Positions 58,122-64,000 of a stretch of DNA of 64,000 nucleotides are shown here, in pieces. Below the pieces are notes generated by a model, which was not told where the DNA came from, ran no database searches, and saw nothing but the letters and a program-made list of their open reading frames with translations. Location: the IMG/VR virus record IMGVR_UViG_2524614847_000002, positions 4,318 to 68,317 of that record. One strand, 5' to 3'. The translations under genes and the position numbers were made by a program. Positions within the stretch are counted from its first letter, which is position 1. Every line of letters begins with the position of its first letter. The DNA is from a virus. Its lineage: Duplodnaviria > Caudoviricetes.

Positions 58122-58831
58122 GATCTAATAAAGTAAAATTAGGGGGTGATCAGATGATTTGGGAGTATTCCTATAATTTGGGAGGCTCCCAAAGATATCA
58201 AGACCACCGAAAGGTGCGGAATTGACAATCAAAAGAAATAAATTTATATACAAAAATTAGTAAGAACCAATGAAAAATAGCTTTGCATAATTTAAAATGT
58301 GAAGTTCCTTCATTATACTTATGACGGAACTTTAATCTCCATATAGTTATATAACTGGTTTTTTTTTGTCGCCCCAAATGATTCATTAAGTTATACATAT
58401 GCCGAACCGTTCCCTTCCAAGTATAAATTATACTTGGAAGGGAGAAGAGGCAGGTTTTATTTTTAAACTTGAAATTAATATCTATGGATTTAGAGGTTTC
58501 TGTCATTCTTAGAGGTAGATAGTTTTAGAATAAATTAGGGCTTTTCACGTATTGCGGTTTGAGAGACCAGGTGAATGCTGATCCTTTGGAATTGATTGTG
58601 GTCACAGAGGTAGCAGATGATGTTTTTGTAGAAGAGAATTGGCTAATATGATAAAACAGGTAGATGAGGAGATATGAATTTTGGAGATACAAGAGTATGA
58701 GTATTTAGACAGAAAAAATGCTGATATGATGGGGAAGGGAAAGAAGACACAACAATATCAAGAGTAGAATTGAAACGGATTATTAAAGCCAACCCACATG
58801 GGAGTGCTTTCACAAGGAAGGTTGATGTTGA

Positions 58832-59319
58832 ATGGAGGAGTTGACGAAAGAACAGCGTCATAAAAATATGTCAAATATAAGATCTAAAGATACTGCCATA
58901 GAGATAATGTTTCGAAAAGCATTATGGCATAAACTTATCGATATCGAAAATATTATAATAAGCTTCCAGGAAAACCAGACATTGTTTTGACTAAACCCCA
59001 AATAACTATTTTTTGTGATAGTGAATTTTTTCATGGCAAGGATTGGTTTGAAGCACTGTGCCCACAAATACGCAGGGGGAGTAACAGTGAATTTTGGAAA
59101 AAGAAAATAACTCACAATATGGAGCATGATGAAGAGGTTAATAAGCAGCTGAATTTTCTTGGCTGGCTAGTTATTCGCTTCAGGGGTAAAGCTATCTTAA
59201 ATAATATTGACGAGTGTGTAAGGGTAGTTGAAGAATGTATATTTGAGCAGATGATCTCTGATTTGGTCTTAGACGCACAATTATTGATTGACAAAGATTT
59301 ACCTTCTATAGTACAATAA
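58832..59319 (+). pseudogene. vsr: Frameshifted very-short-patch repair endonuclease
   Basis: MEELTKEQRHKNMSNIRSKDT...RKALWHK in one frame; YRYRK...LPGKPDIV...FCDSEFFHG in another; shift near 58935. Confidence 0.8.
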
Positions 59320-59885
59320 GACTCTAACAATTCAATGGATTACCAGTCCATCTAAAGCTTATTTATTTGATTATCTTCTTAATCATATATCTTAATGCTG
59401 ACTCAGCATAATAATATTCATTTTTGAACTAGACAAAAAATGTGAGAATAGGTTTATTGCTATAAGTACGAATCTTATATGTATTTGCTATTTGCATGAC
59501 TGCAAGAATTAAGTTTTAATCTATGAATTTTATATTAATGTGATATGAAGAGGTAAAGAGTTGATAATAACCAGTACCGAATGTACTTAATAGAAAAATT
59601 GGAGAATGATTGCATAGGTTTCGTAAAACAAGCTTTTTATTAGGCATTTTATAAGGAACATAGATCTCAAGAATGCCAGAATCTAATTGAATTTATCTGT
59701 TTGGCAGTATATAATATAGACTGGTATGCTTTTTTATATAGATTTTATTTTTCTAAGTGAGGAATAAAATTTATAATCACACAGGAAGCAGTCGCTAGGG
59801 AACCATTTCAACTTCTGAGAAAACTTTAAAAAACACAAAAATTACTCCAGAGAGAAAGAATAGGGACTAGAAAATAAATTTTGAG

Positions 59886-61139
59886 GTGAATAGCATGAGT
59901 TTTGATAAAACAGTGTCAGGCATTTCTCCAGAGGAAGTGCTTGAACAGATTCATTATCCTGAAATTGCGGGGCTGATACCAAATCAGCAATATGATTTTG
60001 TGGATTTCTTCTGTGGTTGTGGAGGTATGTCCTATGGATTTCATAAAATGGCTAATCTTACCGGCAGGTACCGTTGGGCAGGAGCAGTGGATATTGATAA
60101 ATATGCTATAGCCTCCTATGAACGAAATTATGGGCATCAGCCTATAAACCTAGATTTAGGTCAGGTTGAACTAGATGAAATAAGAGAAGGGCTTAAGTTG
60201 GACGAAAATAATGAACTTATTCTAATTGGATGTGCCCCATGCCAAGGTTTTTCTTCGCACAGAAAAAAAGATCGCCGTGGTTCTGATTCTAGGAATACTT
60301 TAGTAGGACGTTTTGCAGAGATTGCGGTACAGTTGCAACCGAAACTTATTATAATGGAAAATGTGCCAGATCTGCTCGCAAAGAAGCACTGGAAACATTA
60401 TAAAGCTTTTAAGGATACAGTTGAAGCAGCTGGTTATAAAATTATGGTTAAAATTTTAAATATGGCTGATTATGGAGCACCTCAGGCGAGGTTTCGAACA
60501 GTTTTGATAGCATCAAGAGATTTTATTCCTACATTACCCTCACCGGTTTTTAAACCAGAGCAGTATAGAACTGTTAGGGATGCAATTGGTTCTCTTCCTC
60601 CTTTAAGGGTAGGCCAGCAGGATTCAAATGATCCTATGCATGTAACATCGAAACACCGCAAGGAGACTATTGAAATTTTAAAACAGATTCCTAAAGATGG
60701 AGGAAATAGGCCAAAAGGGGTTGGACCGGAGTGTCTTGATAAGGTGGGAGGATTCTCCGATGTTTATGGGCGTCTTGCCTGGGATAAGACAGCTGTGACA
60801 ATTACTGCACGTTGTAGGACTCCTTCTTGTGGAAGATTTACACATCCGGAACAGAATCGTGGTTTATCAGTTCGTGAAGCAGGTCTACTACAGGGGTTTC
60901 CTCCGGATTTTATGTTTGAGGGGCCTTTCGATGATAAGTTCAAACAGATTGGAAATGCTGTATCACCTATTTTCTCTACCAGATTGGCAGCACATGTTCT
61001 TACGATGCTGGCAGGCCAAAATTTGGGTAAAACATTAGAGAATATAGATAAACCATATTTCAGTTCCTACAGTGGCATGATAGCTCATGTTAAACAAAAG
61101 GGAATAGAAAGCAAGGATAAAGATGAAACAGAAGTATAA
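59886..61139 (+). CDS. C5 cytosine DNA methyltransferase M1
   Basis: DFFCGCGG, APCQ, ENV, QARFR, LSVREAGLLQGFP, QIGNAV. Confidence 0.92.
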   Translation: MNSMSFDKTVSGISPEEVLEQIHYPEIAGLIPNQQYDFVDFFCGCGGMSYGFHKMANLTGRYRWAGAVDIDKYAIASYERNYGHQPINLDLGQVELDEIREGLKLDENNELILIGCAPCQGFSSHRKKDRRGSDSRNTLVGRFAEIAVQLQPKLIIMENVPDLLAKKHWKHYKAFKDTVEAAGYKIMVKILNMADYGAPQARFRTVLIASRDFIPTLPSPVFKPEQYRTVRDAIGSLPPLRVGQQDSNDPMHVTSKHRKETIEILKQIPKDGGNRPKGVGPECLDKVGGFSDVYGRLAWDKTAVTITARCRTPSCGRFTHPEQNRGLSVREAGLLQGFPPDFMFEGPFDDKFKQIGNAVSPIFSTRLAAHVLTMLAGQNLGKTLENIDKPYFSSYSGMIAHVKQKGIESKDKDETEV

Positions 61140-62148
61140 AGTAATTGACTGTTTTTGTGGTGCAGGTGGTTTGTCGCTGGGATTCGAAAAAGCTGGTTTC
61201 AGCGTTATATATGCTTTTGACATGGATGAAGCGGCAATCAATACATATAATAATAAACACAATCACAAGGGTCATGGGTATGTTCGAGATATTTATAATG
61301 TAAGCAAAAAAAGTATTGAGAGAGATCTTGGGCATGAGGTTGGAGAGGTCGATGTTGTGATTGGAGGTCCTCCATGTCAGGGGTTCAGTGTTCAAAGGCG
61401 TGGAGATGATAATGATCCCCGCAACAATTTGGTTTTGGAATACATTCGTATGATTATAGATATCAAACCACGTTTTTTTGTGATGGAGAATGTTGGAGGC
61501 CTACTTTCACCGAGAGGGTTACCATACCTGACCCAACTAACCGAAAGATTGGAAGAAGCCGGTTATACGATTCAACGGCAGAAGCTGATAGCTTCGGAGT
61601 TTGGAGTTCCGCAAAGCAGAAAGAGAGTATTTATTGTTGGCGAAAGAAAGATTGATGGAAAGCCAAGTTTTTCATTCCCTGTACCGGCAGGTGATCCCGA
61701 GCGTACTGTCTGCGATGCAATTGCTGATCTTATGGATAAAGACGAGAATGATGTTCCGAATCATAAGTCCGATAGGTTGTCGCCAATTAATCTTAAAAGA
61801 ATACAGGCAATCAAGGAAGGGGAGGGCCGGGATTCATTACCGGAAGAACTTCAGCTTAATTGTCATAAGAAAAACATAACGCATCGTCACCTGGACACCT
61901 ATGGGAGAATGGCTTGGAATAAACCAAGCCCGACAATTACGGCTAGGTTTGATAGCTTTTCACGAGGACGGTTTGGTCATCCGGTATTAGACCGTACCAT
62001 TACTTTACGGGAGGGTGCGAGATTGCAGACTTTCCCAGATGACTTTGAATTTCTGGGGACCAAAGTCGAGGTAGCAAGACAAATAGGAAATGCGGTTCCT
62101 CCTCTGCTTGCAGAGCGGGTAGCAGAAAAAGTAAAAGAATGTTTGTGA
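61123..62148 (+). CDS. C5 cytosine DNA methyltransferase M2
   Basis: DCFCGAGG, GPPCQ, ENV, QSRKR, TLREGARLQTFP, QIGNAV. Confidence 0.92.
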   Translation: MKQKYKVIDCFCGAGGLSLGFEKAGFSVIYAFDMDEAAINTYNNKHNHKGHGYVRDIYNVSKKSIERDLGHEVGEVDVVIGGPPCQGFSVQRRGDDNDPRNNLVLEYIRMIIDIKPRFFVMENVGGLLSPRGLPYLTQLTERLEEAGYTIQRQKLIASEFGVPQSRKRVFIVGERKIDGKPSFSFPVPAGDPERTVCDAIADLMDKDENDVPNHKSDRLSPINLKRIQAIKEGEGRDSLPEELQLNCHKKNITHRHLDTYGRMAWNKPSPTITARFDSFSRGRFGHPVLDRTITLREGARLQTFPDDFEFLGTKVEVARQIGNAVPPLLAERVAEKVKECL

Positions 62149-62149
62149 G

Positions 62150-64000
62150 GTGCTGATTATGCCATATATGAACCAGTGGCCATCCGGTATACGTGATACA
62201 ACTGAATTTCCGAGTATAGACCTTCGATTCGATGTCTCACTGAGAGAACATTTAAAAGCATTTTGTAAAATGGATGGCGTGGGCTGGAATGCCTATGATG
62301 AGCAGAATGCAGCAGGAAAACTTAGTGTTTCGAACTCCCGATTAAGGACGTTCCGCAAATTGTATGAGAAGCTCGGCCTGATCTATAAGGAAAATGATAA
62401 AATTTGTCTTTCCAGACTGGGAAAACAGATTTTAACACTGGAAGACGATCTTAATACTCAAAAAGGAATAATACTGAATAGATTGAGAGAAACAGCAATT
62501 GATATCCTGTCGAGATATCAGTTGAGGAATCCGGTGGATGAGCCTGATTTAGATGTGGCATGTGACGTACTCCCGTGTATATGTATATGGAATGTAATGT
62601 TGTCTCTTGATAAAAAGATTAATTATGAAGAAATGAACCGTGTCATCCTGCGGATTATGAAAATGTCTGATTTAGATGCAGCCATTAAAAAAATTCGTGA
62701 TGCAAGGAATAAATATGGTACTTATACAGGGATTGCCGCAGAAACACTAGATGAGGTTCTGGGGGCTCCTGTGCATACCGATCAGCCGACCGCCAGAATT
62801 GCCCCGTGGTTTTCTTTTGCGGGTTGGGGAGGCCTAATCATTGAACAGCAGGCAGATGCTGAAGGATATAGAAATCTAAATAAGAGTTCTATTCCGCTAA
62901 TTGAGAAGGTCTTGAAAAATCCGCCGGCATACTACAATACAAATGATAAGGAAGACTGGCTGACATATTATATTGGTAGTGCAGCTGATAGCAAAGATGT
63001 GGAAGTACCTGGTGATCCTGAAGCAGAAGAAGAGCATATAGACTATGATTCGATGTATCGTATAAAATGTGGTTGTAATATTCTGCTATATGGAGTTCCG
63101 GGCTGTGGTAAGAGTTTCGCTATTGATACTTGTTACGCCAAGGATGCCTTTTGCACCGAGCGTGTAGTATTTCATCCGGATTATACGTATGCAGATTTTA
63201 TCGGTCAAATTATGCCTCTATCTCGTGAAAAGAGAATTGAATATGAATTTGTCCCAGGTCCATTTACCAATATAGTGAGGGAGGCGTATACCCATCCGGA
63301 TAAGAAGTTTGTACTCGTTATTGAAGAGTTGAATCGTGGAAATGCTCCTGCAATTTTTGGTGATATTTTTCAACTGCTCGATAGAAACAAAGATGGTAGC
63401 AGTAGATACGAAATCACTAATAAAGAAATAGCAAGCATAGTTTATAAAAATACAATACGAGAAGGAAGTAACAAGGTGTTTTTGCCATCCAACCTCTGTA
63501 TTTACTCCACTATGAATACGTCCGATCAGAATGTGTTTACTTTGGATACTGCCTTTCAGAGAAGATGGAGAATGAGAATTATCGAAAATAATGTCGATAA
63601 GTCAACCATTGCAAATAATTTCATTCTTGATACTAGCGTTACCTGGGCAAAATTTAATAAAGCTATTAATGCTCAGATTTTAACACTTAATATGGGAATG
63701 ACCTCTACTGAAGATAAGCGGCTTGGAGCATACTTTGTTATTGAAGAGGATCTGGAATTTCACGATCCGGAGGCAGAGGGTTTAACAGAGAATGAACGAT
63801 TGGATGCTATTGATAAGAATCAAAATTTTCCTGAAAAAGTACTGAAGTATTTATGGGATGATGCATTCAAGTTTACCAGAGATCAGGTATTTAAAGAAAA
63901 ATATGACAGCCTGGAAAAAGTCATTAAAGATTTTGAAACAGCTAAGAAAGATACCAGATTTGATATTTTCCTTGAGGATCTGTTTGGTTTGCAGAATTAA
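62150..64000 (+). CDS. McrB-like AAA+ GTPase (LlaJI-type restriction subunit)
   Basis: GVPGCGKS, FHPDYTY, IEELNRGN, TMNTSDQN, LDTAFQRRW. Confidence 0.85.
   Translation: MLIMPYMNQWPSGIRDTTEFPSIDLRFDVSLREHLKAFCKMDGVGWNAYDEQNAAGKLSVSNSRLRTFRKLYEKLGLIYKENDKICLSRLGKQILTLEDDLNTQKGIILNRLRETAIDILSRYQLRNPVDEPDLDVACDVLPCICIWNVMLSLDKKINYEEMNRVILRIMKMSDLDAAIKKIRDARNKYGTYTGIAAETLDEVLGAPVHTDQPTARIAPWFSFAGWGGLIIEQQADAEGYRNLNKSSIPLIEKVLKNPPAYYNTNDKEDWLTYYIGSAADSKDVEVPGDPEAEEEHIDYDSMYRIKCGCNILLYGVPGCGKSFAIDTCYAKDAFCTERVVFHPDYTYADFIGQIMPLSREKRIEYEFVPGPFTNIVREAYTHPDKKFVLVIEELNRGNAPAIFGDIFQLLDRNKDGSSRYEITNKEIASIVYKNTIREGSNKVFLPSNLCIYSTMNTSDQNVFTLDTAFQRRWRMRIIENNVDKSTIANNFILDTSVTWAKFNKAINAQILTLNMGMTSTEDKRLGAYFVIEEDLEFHDPEAEGLTENERLDAIDKNQNFPEKVLKYLWDDAFKFTRDQVFKEKYDSLEKVIKDFETAKKDTRFDIFLEDLFGLQN

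Larger units (their letters stand above)
34861..64000. mobile_element. Integrative (probably mobilisable) defence island; right end not in window
   Basis: Integrases facing the tRNA remnant; MobC/relaxase, DUF932, RadC, RM system, Hhe-like helicase; AT-rich. Confidence 0.75.

Overview
Two adjacent mobile elements from a low-GC Firmicute (Lachnospiraceae/Clostridia-like). Bases 1 to ~34860 are most of a temperate HK97-type siphoprophage on the + strand: recombination/replication genes, an accessory block, tRNAs, packaging, head, tail, lysis and an antirepressor. It ends at a tRNA 3'-end duplication (probable attR); the integrase/repressor end lies outside the window. Bases ~34860-64000 are an integrative, probably mobilisable defence island with two paralogous tyrosine integrases, a SAP-domain gene plus a 2152-aa SWIM/DUF4011 helicase-nuclease (Hhe-like), MobC/relaxase, a DUF932/RadC/YqaJ-remnant block, a frameshifted vsr and an LlaJI-like RM system (two C5 MTases and a McrB-like GTPase). 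The most striking observation is a degenerate 24-bp palindrome, TC-N4-AAAY-N4-RTTT-N4-GA. It sits on the stop codon of six consecutive phage genes directly upstream of an internal tyrosine recombinase, and it also bounds an invertible two-cassette tail-fibre tip 20 kb away. This suggests one phage recombinase runs both an integron-like gene-cassette array and a tail shufflon. Also notable: an array of nine divergent 24-bp palindromes at 106-391, a C5 MTase split over two overlapping frames, a tRNA-Ile(UAU), a Tad2/DUF2829-like gene and a possible orphan IS110 left end. All family names come from motif recognition by eye, not from database searches.
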